A stretch of 64,000 nucleotides of DNA from Parcubacteria group bacterium Greene0416_39. GTDB taxonomy: Bacteria; Patescibacteriota; Minisyncoccia; Minisyncoccales; UBA10102. The notes under the pieces are model-generated. The model did no database searches and was not told where the DNA came from. It saw only the letters and a list, made by a program, of their open reading frames with translations. The stretch lies in contig VMEU01000003.1 of the NCBI GenBank assembly GCA_007375675.1, positions 8,692 through 72,691 of the forward strand, given 5' to 3'. The position numbers were made by a program, and so were the translations under genes. Below are positions 47,569 through 56,782 of the stretch, piece by piece (the stretch's first letter is position 1; each line of letters starts with the position of its first letter).

Positions 47569-48828
47569 ATGATACATAATTTACTGAAACAACATTACGG
47601 ATTCACTGAATTTAGGCCCGGCCAAGAAGAAGTTATACAGAGTATTTTAGAGGGGCATGACACCTTGGCGGTAATGCCCACGGGCGGAGGCAAATCGCTT
47701 TGCTACCAACTGCCAGCCCTAGCTCTTGGTGGCACAACCCTGGTGGTATCTCCTTTAATTGCCCTTATGAAAGACCAGGTTGATGTATTGCAAAAAAGAG
47801 GAGTGGCAGCTTCGTTTATTAATTCATCTCTCACAGAAAAAGAAGTTACAAAGAGAACCAAAGAGGCATTGGCAGGCAAAATAAAAATTCTCTATATCGC
47901 TCCCGAGCGTTTAAACAGCGACTTTAGCCAGGTTTTGCAAAATATTCCCATAGAACTGGTTGCAATTGATGAGGCGCATTGCGTTTCAACCTGGGGACAT
48001 GACTTTAGGCCAGACTATCGATTAATTAAAGAACGCATTGATTCTTTGCCAAAGCGCCCTGTTGTTTCTGCGTTTACCGCCACCGCCACGCCCGAGGTAA
48101 GAGAAGATATTGCGGAGCGTTTGGGTTTAAAAAAGCCTCATATTTTTGTTCGCGGATTTGACCGGCCCAACCTGCGGTTTTTCACCCGCGGCTGGCTAAA
48201 CGAGTTTCTACGAGACGAAGAAGTATTACGCCTTGCAAAATCTCTGCCCAAACCCGGCATTATATATGCTGGCAAGCGCAGTAAATCAGAGGAGCTTGCA
48301 ACGTATTTAACACAAAATGGAGTTTCTGCCTTGCCGTATCACGCAGGGCTCAAAACAGAAACGAGAATAGAAACTCAAGAAGCATTCATGAAAGATAAAG
48401 TACCGGTGATAGTAGCCACCATTGCCTTTGGCATGGGCGTTGATAAGGCTGATGTCCGTTTTGTTATTCATGCAGGCATGCCAAGTACCTTAGAAGGATA
48501 TTACCAAGAAGCAGGCCGCGCCGGCAGAGACGCAAAACCCGCCACCTGCGTTTTGTTGCACAGCGGAGAAGACAGCGCCCTGCAAAACTACTTTATTCAA
48601 AAGGCATATGAGGATTCCATAGATCGGGGCAAACCAGAGGCGGAGGCCGAGGCGGTGCGCGATGTAAAATATCAAAAGTTAAAAACAATGGAGCAATATG
48701 TTATGGCAAATGCATGCCGCAGAAAGATGATTCTTAATTACTTTGGCGACGAAGCCTCCAGCAAAACCGCCAACTGTGGCGCCTGCGACCATTGCCTTTC
48801 TGTGCATATCCGATGTGCACAGAGTTGA
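47569..48828 (+). CDS. recQ: RecQ-family helicase (core + Zn-binding, no HRDC)
   Basis: PTGGGKS, DEAHC..WGHDFRP, QEAGRAGRD, CRR..L.YFG...CGACD.C. Confidence 0.93.
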   Translation: MIHNLLKQHYGFTEFRPGQEEVIQSILEGHDTLAVMPTGGGKSLCYQLPALALGGTTLVVSPLIALMKDQVDVLQKRGVAASFINSSLTEKEVTKRTKEALAGKIKILYIAPERLNSDFSQVLQNIPIELVAIDEAHCVSTWGHDFRPDYRLIKERIDSLPKRPVVSAFTATATPEVREDIAERLGLKKPHIFVRGFDRPNLRFFTRGWLNEFLRDEEVLRLAKSLPKPGIIYAGKRSKSEELATYLTQNGVSALPYHAGLKTETRIETQEAFMKDKVPVIVATIAFGMGVDKADVRFVIHAGMPSTLEGYYQEAGRAGRDAKPATCVLLHSGEDSALQNYFIQKAYEDSIDRGKPEAEAEAVRDVKYQKLKTMEQYVMANACRRKMILNYFGDEASSKTANCGACDHCLSVHIRCAQS

Positions 48829-48897
48829 AGGCCCGAGCTTTGCCGAACGGCGGATTTTTGGTAGGATTACAACTAGCATTAAGAAGGGAGGAAAAAG

Positions 48898-49476
48898 ATG
48901 GCAAAAGCCGCACCGTGGACTCCTAAACAGGATGCACTTCTTCGGAGGTACCACGGGGTACTTTCCAGAGAAGAAATCGCAAGATTGGCTGGGCGACGAA
49001 CTGTAATGGCATACGGCGTGCGTGCCTCAAGGTTGGGCATTCGGAGTTTGCGTACCGGGGACATTGCCCCGGAACTTGGAGTAAGTATTGTGACTGTTGT
49101 GCGGTGGATTAAAAAAGGATTCCTGCAGGCGAGAAGGACAGTAACAATAACCTACAAGGGTAAGCAGAATCCGCAGTGGTACGAGATCCAGGAGGAAGCA
49201 ATTATTCAATTCCTCCAAACTCACTACCTAAGGTATGATCCCTCCCGGCTCGTGGAACGCTGGCAGAAATATGTGCCGTGGAAAGAACGGGCGAAATGGA
49301 TTTCTATCTCCGAAGCCTCCAAGCAACATAGCTACGGTTACCAGTGGTTTTATCAGCGCATTTGGAGAGGAGAGATTCGCGTCACAAAAGGACGGAACCC
49401 CACACGAGCAGGAGAGATAACCTATCTGTTCCGTGAAGATATTGAATCGGTAATGAAGCGAATACAGACCATGTAG
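48898..49476 (+). CDS. multi-HTH DNA-binding hypothetical protein
   Basis: WT..QD.LL, IAPELGVS..TV.RWI; GGGAGG SD; terminator 49483-49527. Confidence 0.7.
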   Translation: MAKAAPWTPKQDALLRRYHGVLSREEIARLAGRRTVMAYGVRASRLGIRSLRTGDIAPELGVSIVTVVRWIKKGFLQARRTVTITYKGKQNPQWYEIQEEAIIQFLQTHYLRYDPSRLVERWQKYVPWKERAKWISISEASKQHSYGYQWFYQRIWRGEIRVTKGRNPTRAGEITYLFREDIESVMKRIQTM

Positions 49477-49688
49477 CAGGTAAGAGGAGGTTATCTGGCA
49501 AGGTAACCCTCCTCTTTTTCTTTTTTTCAGATTTCTTTAAAACTTAACCGAGCTAAGTTTGAACGTACAAGCTTGCTCTGAACCGTACTGGTTCTTGGGA
49601 CGATTTTTTGTTAAGTAAGACCTGGTCTTCCTTGAATTAAAGTAAAGGGCTTGACAGGTATGTTTGATGTACGCTATAATGTACGCAT

Positions 49689-50069
49689 ATGGATTCAAGA
49701 CGCACCCTCTCTATTACGGAAGCCAGAAAACGCATCTTTGAAATTATAGACGAGGTGCAGAAACCAGACACCTACTACACGCTCACGGAAAATGGCAAAC
49801 CAAAAGCCGTGATTTTGTCTGTGGAAGAGTTTGAATCCTTGTGGGAGACTATTGGAACCTTGGAAGATATTCCTGACTTGGCAAAGGATATTGAAGAGTA
49901 CAAACGAGATAAGAAAACAGGGGCCGATAAATCTTACGCTACCCTTGAACAGATCCTTGAAAAGGAGGGATTTGTGGTTGCAGATAAAGGGAAAGAAAAG
50001 TATGGAGTACACTATACGGCTCACGCCGTCAGCAGAAAAGGAAAAAGAAAAGCTTCCGGAAAAAGATAG
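49689..50069 (+). CDS. Phd/YefM family antitoxin
   Basis: SITEARK, LTENGKPKAVILS.EEFESL. Confidence 0.9.
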   Translation: MDSRRTLSITEARKRIFEIIDEVQKPDTYYTLTENGKPKAVILSVEEFESLWETIGTLEDIPDLAKDIEEYKRDKKTGADKSYATLEQILEKEGFVVADKGKEKYGVHYTAHAVSRKGKRKASGKR

Positions 50070-50256
50070 ACTAAGGCTCTCGGTTGTTTTTGCGGTACTG
50101 AGGTCAAATCCGTATCTGGGTAAAAAGCTACGGTGGAAATTTGCCGGTTTTTACGCTTTGCGTTCGTGGCCATACCGAATAGTCTACGAAGTAGACGATA
50201 CGCAGAAAATGGTAACGATTATTCGCATAAGACATAGAAAAGATTCTTACGCATGA
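50002..50256 (+). CDS. RelE/ParE family toxin
   Basis: NPYLGKKL, LR..PYRIVY, I.HRKD.Y; overlaps the antitoxin. Confidence 0.88.
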   Translation: MEYTIRLTPSAEKEKEKLPEKDRLRLSVVFAVLRSNPYLGKKLRWKFAGFYALRSWPYRIVYEVDDTQKMVTIIRIRHRKDSYA

Positions 50257-50963
50257 AAAATTCTTTTACCGTGCGCGATCTTCCTATAGAAGAACGCCCC
50301 AGAGAACGGCTTGCGCAGTTTGGAGCTGAATCCTTGTCTGCTCAAGAGCTTCTTGCGCTTATCTTGGGCAGGGGAGTCAGGGAAGAATCCGTCATGATGA
50401 CAGCTCAAAAGCTTCTTTCTACGTTTGGTTCGCTTCAAGGAGTTACGGAAGCTTCCCTTGAAGAGTTACAACAGGTACACGGTATTGGAATAGCAAAGGC
50501 AGCGCAGATTAAGGCCTGCCTGGAGATTGGAAAACGGGCAAAAACCCAGAACATCAGCGTTCAAGATAAGACAGCAAAGAAACAAGACAAGAGGGTTACT
50601 TCTCCTCAAAAGGTGCACGAGCTCGTAAAAGGCAGGCTTCGCAATTATTCCAAGGAGCATTTCTTTGTGCTTTCTTTTGACGTTCGCAACAAACTTCTGG
50701 GCATGGACATGGTTTCTGTGGGTACGCTCAACGCAAGTTTGGTGCATCCCAGGGAAGTATTTGAGGCCGCAATACGCCGCCATGCAGACCATATTATTGT
50801 GGTACACAACCATCCTTCAGGGGAGTTAGAACCCTCACAAGAAGACAAGGAAATTACAAAGCTGCTTACAGAGTCTGGAAGAGTGCTTGGCATTACACTG
50901 GTTGACCATTGTATTGTGGGAACAGACTCGTATCTAAGTTTTAAAGAACAGGGCCTTCTATGA
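50253..50963 (+). CDS. radC: RadC (JAB domain) protein
   Basis: ERPRERL, VHPREVF, HNHPSG, DH. Confidence 0.95.
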   Translation: MKNSFTVRDLPIEERPRERLAQFGAESLSAQELLALILGRGVREESVMMTAQKLLSTFGSLQGVTEASLEELQQVHGIGIAKAAQIKACLEIGKRAKTQNISVQDKTAKKQDKRVTSPQKVHELVKGRLRNYSKEHFFVLSFDVRNKLLGMDMVSVGTLNASLVHPREVFEAAIRRHADHIIVVHNHPSGELEPSQEDKEITKLLTESGRVLGITLVDHCIVGTDSYLSFKEQGLL

Positions 50964-51472
50964 CAGTAGAATTCCTTCTTTTGCGAATTTTGAGGCGCCA
51001 AAATTTTCAGGTCCACGAAGCGCTTGGAGTCGCATACGGTGGTGTAGAAGAAGAGTTCCCTAAAGAAAAGGATCTTATCAAGGCGCATTTGGTGGTGGCG
51101 TTGCTGGAGCAGTGTAAATATCCGACGAACGCTATTCAAGTGAACAAGTTTGTGGGTACTGCGCAAGGATTAAGGGAAACAGATGTTCTCGCGTTCAACA
51201 GAGCAAAAGAGCCGTTTCTACTCGCAGCAGTTGAAGTACCCCAACTGTATGAAGAACGTATGGAAGCTGCAATGCGTGATCTTTACATGCAGGCCGCCCC
51301 GCAAGATCAATCAAAAAGCGTACGCTGGCTCCTTTATTACACCAGGTGGTACGCAACAAAAGGCGTATTGCATAAGAAACACATTGCGGTGGACTACCAA
51401 GGGTTTCCCACGTTTGACTCTTGGCATGCAGCCGGCAGCCCCGCCAGATCCTTTATTCCTCCTTATGCTTAA
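50960..51472 (+). CDS. hypothetical protein (possible degenerate nuclease fold)
   Basis: Coupled to radC; ETD.LAF...PFL..VE. Confidence 0.6.
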   Translation: MTVEFLLLRILRRQNFQVHEALGVAYGGVEEEFPKEKDLIKAHLVVALLEQCKYPTNAIQVNKFVGTAQGLRETDVLAFNRAKEPFLLAAVEVPQLYEERMEAAMRDLYMQAAPQDQSKSVRWLLYYTRWYATKGVLHKKHIAVDYQGFPTFDSWHAAGSPARSFIPPYA

Positions 51473-51611
51473 ACTATGATACATAATTTACTGAAACAAC
51501 ATTAAAGAGAAGGGGATTAATATTGTGCGGCGTTTCTTGACTTTTTAGAGTCTTGCTAGTATCTTTGGGGTAGCATGGAATGATACGAGACGAGAGGACG
51601 AGGAAATTTCT

Positions 51612-51794
51612 ATGGAGAAATTACCGTGGTGGTATTACATACTATTGGTGATTACCGCAACCGCCATAGTAGCGGTGACCGATGGCGTGTTGGGTCTTCC
51701 TGTCATAGTAAGTTTTCCAAGTACGCTTGCCGGTGCACTGCTCGTGGCAGTACTAACCCGCAAGGCCATAAACAGAAGGAGACGGATCTCATAA
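51612..51794 (+). CDS. small two-TM protein
   Basis: LPWWYY; paralog at 53708. Confidence 0.65.
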   Translation: MEKLPWWYYILLVITATAIVAVTDGVLGLPVIVSFPSTLAGALLVAVLTRKAINRRRRIS

Positions 51795-51845
51795 GATCTG
51801 CCTCTTTTTATTTCAGATTTTTCCGGTTTTTTGGTAGGATACGGT

Positions 51846-53003
51846 ATGGAACCTCTGGCTTCAAAAATTAGGCCCAAGAGCTTGAAAGAATTTGTGGGCC
51901 AAGAACATTTAGTAGGGGAAGGAAAACCTTTGAACATTGCGATTGCTCAAAAGCATCTGTTCTCATTTATCTTGTGGGGGCCGCCTGGTTCTGGGAAAAC
52001 AACTCTGGCAAGAATATATGCCAATAGTCTCAATGCAAAGCTCTATGCGCTTTCTGCTGTATCTGCCGGCAAGGCCGACATTAAGGCAATATTAGAAGAC
52101 AAGACAGAAGGCCAGCCAAAGGAGGGTGCAGTCCTGTACCCTCCAAAGCTTTTATTTCTTGACGAGATTCACAGGTTTAACAAGGCACAGCAAGATTTTC
52201 TTTTGCCGTATGTGGAAACCGGAGAAATTACTCTTGTAGGAGCTACAACCGAAAACCCAAGTTTTGAGGTTATTTCACCCCTGCTTTCAAGGTGCCGTGT
52301 TTTTGTGCTCAACGAACTCTCTGGCCAAGAGATGACAACAATCATTAAACATACAGGATTTAAGTTAGACAAAAAGGCAAACGACTGGCTTGTTGCAATG
52401 GCGAATGGAGACGCCAGGCAGGCTATTTCAATGCTTGAAAATACCAAAGAGCTGTATGGCACTATTACCCTCGCAACACTCAAAGATACGCTACAGGCAA
52501 AGTTTCTTCGCTATGACAAGAAAGGGGAGGAGCACTACAATACCATTTCGGCTTTTATTAAGAGCATGAGAGCTTCACAGCCCAATGCCGCCCTGTACTA
52601 CTTGGCGAGAATGATTGACGCAGGAGAAGATCCCAAGTTTATTGCAAGAAGAATGGTTATTTTTGCTTCAGAAGATATTGGACTTGCCCATCCCACAGCT
52701 CTTGTTGTTGCAAATGGGGTATTTCGAGCAGTGGAGATTATTGGACTCCCGGAGTGTGCCATAAACCTTGCGCATGGCGTGGCATATTTATGCGAATGCA
52801 AAAAAGACAGGAGTGCATATGACGCATATTTTAAGGCCGTAGATGATGTGAAAGAACATGGAAACCTGCCGGTTCCTTTAAAATTGAGAAATGCTCCCAC
52901 CAAGCTCATGGAAGAATTGGAGTACGGAAAGGATTACGAAAAATATACAGAAGAAGATTTATTGCCAGAAAAGTTAAAAGGAAAAAAGTATCTTTTTAAG
53001 TAA
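51846..53003 (+). CDS. rarA: replication-associated recombination protein RarA/MgsA
   Basis: [43 protein letters not shown]. Confidence 0.96.
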   Translation: MEPLASKIRPKSLKEFVGQEHLVGEGKPLNIAIAQKHLFSFILWGPPGSGKTTLARIYANSLNAKLYALSAVSAGKADIKAILEDKTEGQPKEGAVLYPPKLLFLDEIHRFNKAQQDFLLPYVETGEITLVGATTENPSFEVISPLLSRCRVFVLNELSGQEMTTIIKHTGFKLDKKANDWLVAMANGDARQAISMLENTKELYGTITLATLKDTLQAKFLRYDKKGEEHYNTISAFIKSMRASQPNAALYYLARMIDAGEDPKFIARRMVIFASEDIGLAHPTALVVANGVFRAVEIIGLPECAINLAHGVAYLCECKKDRSAYDAYFKAVDDVKEHGNLPVPLKLRNAPTKLMEELEYGKDYEKYTEEDLLPEKLKGKKYLFK

Positions 53004-53105
53004 CGAGGGTCTGACCCTTGTAATAGAGGATTAATACTGTGCGAGATTTCTGGACAAAAGAAAGAAAATATGGAATAATTTGAGTTAGAAAGGAGGGCTA
53101 TAACT

Positions 53106-53390
53106 ATGCCAAACTGGCAGGGCAAGAAATCGGGAGGAACTCACACAACCCTTATCGATGCGGCAGAACCCCTCGTAAAGGCAGCAGAAAAGCTGCCAGA
53201 GGTCACCAAGATAGTCCTTGGTTTTATCAAGGCAACTCCTGGTAAGAAGGGGAAAAGGAGGGTAAAGTTTACTATAACCAGGAGCGGGTTCTTGATGATC
53301 GTGCGCGGGAACACGTCTGTTCAGGAAATCCGTATCTATACGGATTCTCCCAAAGAAGTAAAACAAAACTTGGAAAAGGTTCGTCTATAG
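53106..53390 (+). CDS. DUF2103-like small protein
   Basis: GGTHTTLI, VRGNTSVQEI; GAAAGGAGG SD. Confidence 0.7.
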   Translation: MPNWQGKKSGGTHTTLIDAAEPLVKAAEKLPEVTKIVLGFIKATPGKKGKRRVKFTITRSGFLMIVRGNTSVQEIRIYTDSPKEVKQNLEKVRL

Positions 53391-53465
53391 GCCTCAGCGG
53401 GAAACTCTGAGGCCTTGAACTTTAGTTAATTTTGATTGATAGCAGCGCAGAGGAGTGGTATACAT

Positions 53466-53561
53466 ACCTCAGAGCATCTTGCAAAAGAAATTCTTGAAGC
53501 GTGGTTTTCAACCAAATTCGACGAAGAAGGCCTTAACGAAGCCCATAAACTCGACGAATAA
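53466..53561 (+). pseudogene. 3' remnant of an RpiB/LacAB-family gene
   Basis: TSEHLAKEILEAWFSTKFDEE with no start codon. Confidence 0.55.
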
Positions 53562-53707
53562 AAAAGGTTGAAATCTATTTTGTAAAAAGGTGTTAACCTC
53601 ACCGTTGTGCGATGTTTGTTGACTTTTTAGAGTTTTTCTATCATCTTTAAACTAGCATTTGAGCTAGCAAGAAAGGAAAACGTGATAAAGACATACGAGG
53701 ACGGGGA

Positions 53708-53878
53708 ATGAGACAATTGCCGTTGTGGTACTACGCAATCCTGATTGTTACCGTACTCACCGTAGGGGTGGTGACAAATAAGCTCGGTTTTTCTCCAGTG
53801 AGAAGCTTGGTAATTACGGTGGGGGCATTGTTTATTGCGGTAGGGATACTCCGAGCAATACTAAAGAAGGCACCCTAG
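53708..53878 (+). CDS. small two-TM protein (paralog of 51612)
   Basis: MRQLPLWYYAILIVTVLTVGVVT...; not in the ORF track (56 aa). Confidence 0.65.
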   Translation: MRQLPLWYYAILIVTVLTVGVVTNKLGFSPVRSLVITVGALFIAVGILRAILKKAP

Positions 53879-53928
53879 TGCCTTCTTTCTTTGATTGACA
53901 GCAGCGCAGGGGAGGGGAATAATGGAGT

Positions 53929-54165
53929 ATGAACAAAAAGACCCCAAAAAATGAGAACAAGCGTGACCGATTTCGCCGCTTAGCTCAACGCAGGACGAAT
54001 ATAGTTATTAACCGGCTGCGAATTCTTGGAAATTGCGCAGACAAGGGAAGGTACGAATACGCAAAAGAAGACATGGAGCGCATCTTTTCTGCCATTGATA
54101 GACGGCTCAACAAAATAAAAGCAAAGTTTGATCTTCCCACCGATAGGGAAGAGTTCAAGCTTTAA
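53929..54165 (+). CDS. small helical hypothetical protein
   Basis: RFRRLA.RR.N, LRILGNCA, YEY. Confidence 0.75.
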   Translation: MNKKTPKNENKRDRFRRLAQRRTNIVINRLRILGNCADKGRYEYAKEDMERIFSAIDRRLNKIKAKFDLPTDREEFKL

Positions 54166-56382
54166 CTACTTCAGGTTTTTGCCGCTGTGGAACTGGCGGT
54201 GGACATCACGAAGCTGTTTTGAAGTCACGTGAGCGTATATTTGGGTTGTAGCTGGATTTTTATGCCCCAGGAATTCTTGGATTAACCGAAGGTCTACCCC
54301 CTGCGAGAGAAGGTCGGTGGCAAAGGAGTTATGGCTTATAAACCCATCAGTGATAAGGTTGCCATGCCATCTACTAATGCCAAAGTCATATACCGAATAA
54401 CGAGGCGAAGAAGAAACTTTCGTTTTTTCATGGAGCTTCAACCATTGAATGGTATCTGCATACGCAATCTTTTTTAACTGGGCCAAGTACTGGGAATTGT
54501 AGCCAGCGTCTTCTAGTTGCTGTACAATATGTTGCACAGTTTTGCGGCTTGGGTTGAGTTTTTCTATGTATCTGCCTATATCGTTGATGCTGTAGTTTCT
54601 CCGCAAGGCCTGGATCCACTGAATCTTTTTTCGTGTTGTATCCTTTCGTATGACTTCAAGGAGCGGTCCCACTGGTAGTTTCTGGCCCTGGAAATGTTTT
54701 TCTACGTTCAGAAAACGTCTTTTGAATGTTTTTATGTGTTCCAAAAATAGCTCCTGATCCGGTTTGTGGAGGATATGGAGCGTATAAAATTTGTGGGAGA
54801 ATAAACGCTTTTGAGGCAATATTACTGTTCTATTGCGCCAGTTGAGATGGGAGTCTATTCCAAACCTCAAGAGTCCCATTTGAACGTCTTTAAGGAGTTC
54901 TACGCTTGAAGAAAATATCCTTATATTGCCCGAGTTTCCTTCGGCATCGTAGAATCCTGCGAGAAACTCGGCTAGTTCGTTCAGTGGCGCAGAAAGCATT
55001 TCCTTGGGCATTCGTCGGCCATTAGCGCCTGGTTCAAAACCAATCTGGAGTAGAAACTCCACAAGCTCGGCGTTATAAACAGTAAGCTGCCAAGAGTTGC
55101 TGACTTTACTTTTTTTTAGGGTTGGGACGACATAGAACAATTCATTAATCCAATTCATATAACTCTTGAGCATCTCTTTGTTTTTGTCTGTAAGAAGAAC
55201 CGCGCGCCTAGCTCTACTTACCGTACCGTCTCCGTAGATATACCCAAGGATTCTTGCAAAACGGGGATGTACGAATGGCTTTCCTTGGATTGTTATCTTT
55301 TTCACTCCCATGACGTAGTCACCAATCTTTAGCTCCCTTGCTTGTTTTTCTTCTATGCCTTTTTTCCCTATCGTGAAAAGTCTGTGATTGGGGGAACAAA
55401 GAAGGTTATAGCCACCAGCCCATAAAGAAAGGAGAGGAGTAATATGGTAGCTTCGCTCTTTCAGAGTAAGATTTTGGAATTGAAAACCTGCCCATTCGAG
55501 TGCCTGAACTTCTGCGGACGTTTTAAAATATAAATCCCGTGCCGATACAATACCATCACGTAAAACTATTCGCGTGGTAGGGGAGAGGCAGTGGCGCAAC
55601 GTATGAGGAGTGGTAAAAGAGGGGACACCCGCACGGAGTGCGTATTGCTTCACGATATTCTCAATAGAACGGGCGGAGAGTCGTTTTGAGGCGTTTTTTG
55701 GCCCCCTGTAATTGATGAATAAGGGTTTTTCATCGTCTCTCCGGGTCTTAAGATATTCCTTGAGAGCGTTTACGGCACGCTCCGAAAAGTAGACTGGGCG
55801 AACTCGCCCACCCTTTCCGGTGATTACCACTTCAAGCTGCGTAGTATCGGAAGATATCTTGATCTGTTCTCGGTCAAGACTCACAAGTTCCGCCACCCGC
55901 AGGCCCGTAGAGAAGAAACTTTCGAGGATCGCACGATCCCGCAGTCCTGCATTTGTGGAAGAATTGGGTGCCGCGAGAAGTTTCTTGAGCTGTTCGAGAT
56001 TTAAAAACTTTACTTTGCGTTCTTCTTTTTCCCGGATAAGTTTTATTTTATCTGCTGGGAGAGAAAGAATGTTTCGTTCGGTAAAGAATGACAGCAGGGA
56101 TCTTACAGCTATAAGATAATAGTTCTGCGTAGAACGCTTCAGAGGTTCTTTAGTAGTCTTGTGGAGGGTTTGAGAAAGAAAGAGGCGATAGTCCCAGATG
56201 TGCTGGTCGTCAAGCTCGTGAGGTTTTAGGGATTGGAGGTTTTGTGAGGAAAACCAATCAGAAAATTTTTTTAAGAATCTTGCGTATGTTTCCTGGCTTT
56301 TGTATCCCAAACCTTTCTCAACGTCACAATATTCAAGAAAATCTTTTATATGTTCAGTAATGGTTTTTTTGCTTTTTTGCAT
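54166..56382 (-). CDS. XerC/D-family tyrosine recombinase with intein
   Basis: RDRAILE.FFSTGLRVAEL, GKGGR.R, TPHTLRH|SFATDLL, LGH....TTQIY. Confidence 0.95.
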   Translation of the reverse strand: MQKSKKTITEHIKDFLEYCDVEKGLGYKSQETYARFLKKFSDWFSSQNLQSLKPHELDDQHIWDYRLFLSQTLHKTTKEPLKRSTQNYYLIAVRSLLSFFTERNILSLPADKIKLIREKEERKVKFLNLEQLKKLLAAPNSSTNAGLRDRAILESFFSTGLRVAELVSLDREQIKISSDTTQLEVVITGKGGRVRPVYFSERAVNALKEYLKTRRDDEKPLFINYRGPKNASKRLSARSIENIVKQYALRAGVPSFTTPHTLRHCLSPTTRIVLRDGIVSARDLYFKTSAEVQALEWAGFQFQNLTLKERSYHITPLLSLWAGGYNLLCSPNHRLFTIGKKGIEEKQARELKIGDYVMGVKKITIQGKPFVHPRFARILGYIYGDGTVSRARRAVLLTDKNKEMLKSYMNWINELFYVVPTLKKSKVSNSWQLTVYNAELVEFLLQIGFEPGANGRRMPKEMLSAPLNELAEFLAGFYDAEGNSGNIRIFSSSVELLKDVQMGLLRFGIDSHLNWRNRTVILPQKRLFSHKFYTLHILHKPDQELFLEHIKTFKRRFLNVEKHFQGQKLPVGPLLEVIRKDTTRKKIQWIQALRRNYSINDIGRYIEKLNPSRKTVQHIVQQLEDAGYNSQYLAQLKKIAYADTIQWLKLHEKTKVSSSPRYSVYDFGISRWHGNLITDGFISHNSFATDLLSQGVDLRLIQEFLGHKNPATTQIYAHVTSKQLRDVHRQFHSGKNLK
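54328..55590 (-). mobile_element. intein (421 aa) with LAGLIDADG homing endonuclease
   Basis: Starts CLSPTT, SPNH block B, LGYIYGDG and LAGFYDAEG, VYDF block F, ends SHN before Ser. Confidence 0.93.
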
Positions 56383-56407
56383 GGGGAGTGTGATACTGGT
56401 ATGTCAA

Positions 56408-56435
56408 GCTTCGCTAAAGGTACATTATGCGAAGT
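56408..56435. other. dif-like Xer recombination/binding site
   Basis: Minus strand ACTTCGCATAA-TGTACC-TTTAGCGAAGC (11-6-11). Confidence 0.65.
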
Positions 56436-56530
56436 ATACTATACTTATACCATATCCCTCCCCTTAGGGGTATGTCAACCCTCCTGTTAGAGATACCAAA
56501 GAAGGCCTTATTTTAGGCCTCTAGGATGGC

Positions 56531-56782
56531 CTAGGGCACGAGATTCTCGGTTCCTGCAGGTAGATTGCCCTTGATAAGGTCTATGATCTTAGAAAGCCAG
56601 GGCGTAAAGAGTCCCTTGTAGAAGTTCCAGTCGTCCTGAAACACCTGGCTGAATGCGGTTTTGAAGGCATCCCAGGAAGGATTCTGGAAAAAGTCGGCAA
56701 AGGGCGCCAACTGCACCTTTCCAAACACTACTGGAACGAGGAAGAATATAAGAAACAGAACGATTGCTTTTTTGAGGGTCAT
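56531..56782 (-). CDS. small hypothetical membrane/secreted protein
   Basis: Coupled to gltX; N-terminal hydrophobic segment. Confidence 0.65.
   Translation of the reverse strand: MTLKKAIVLFLIFFLVPVVFGKVQLAPFADFFQNPSWDAFKTAFSQVFQDDWNFYKGLFTPWLSKIIDLIKGNLPAGTENLVP

Noticed and set aside
45700..54165. Prophage or complete defence island
   Set aside because: No structural phage genes, terminase or recognisable multi-gene defence system; only a TA pair, radC, recQ and remnants
54166..56382. Integron integrase with attC cassettes
   Set aside because: The spliced protein looks like plain XerC/D, and I found no RYYYAAC...GTTRRRY attC pattern around nearby ORFs
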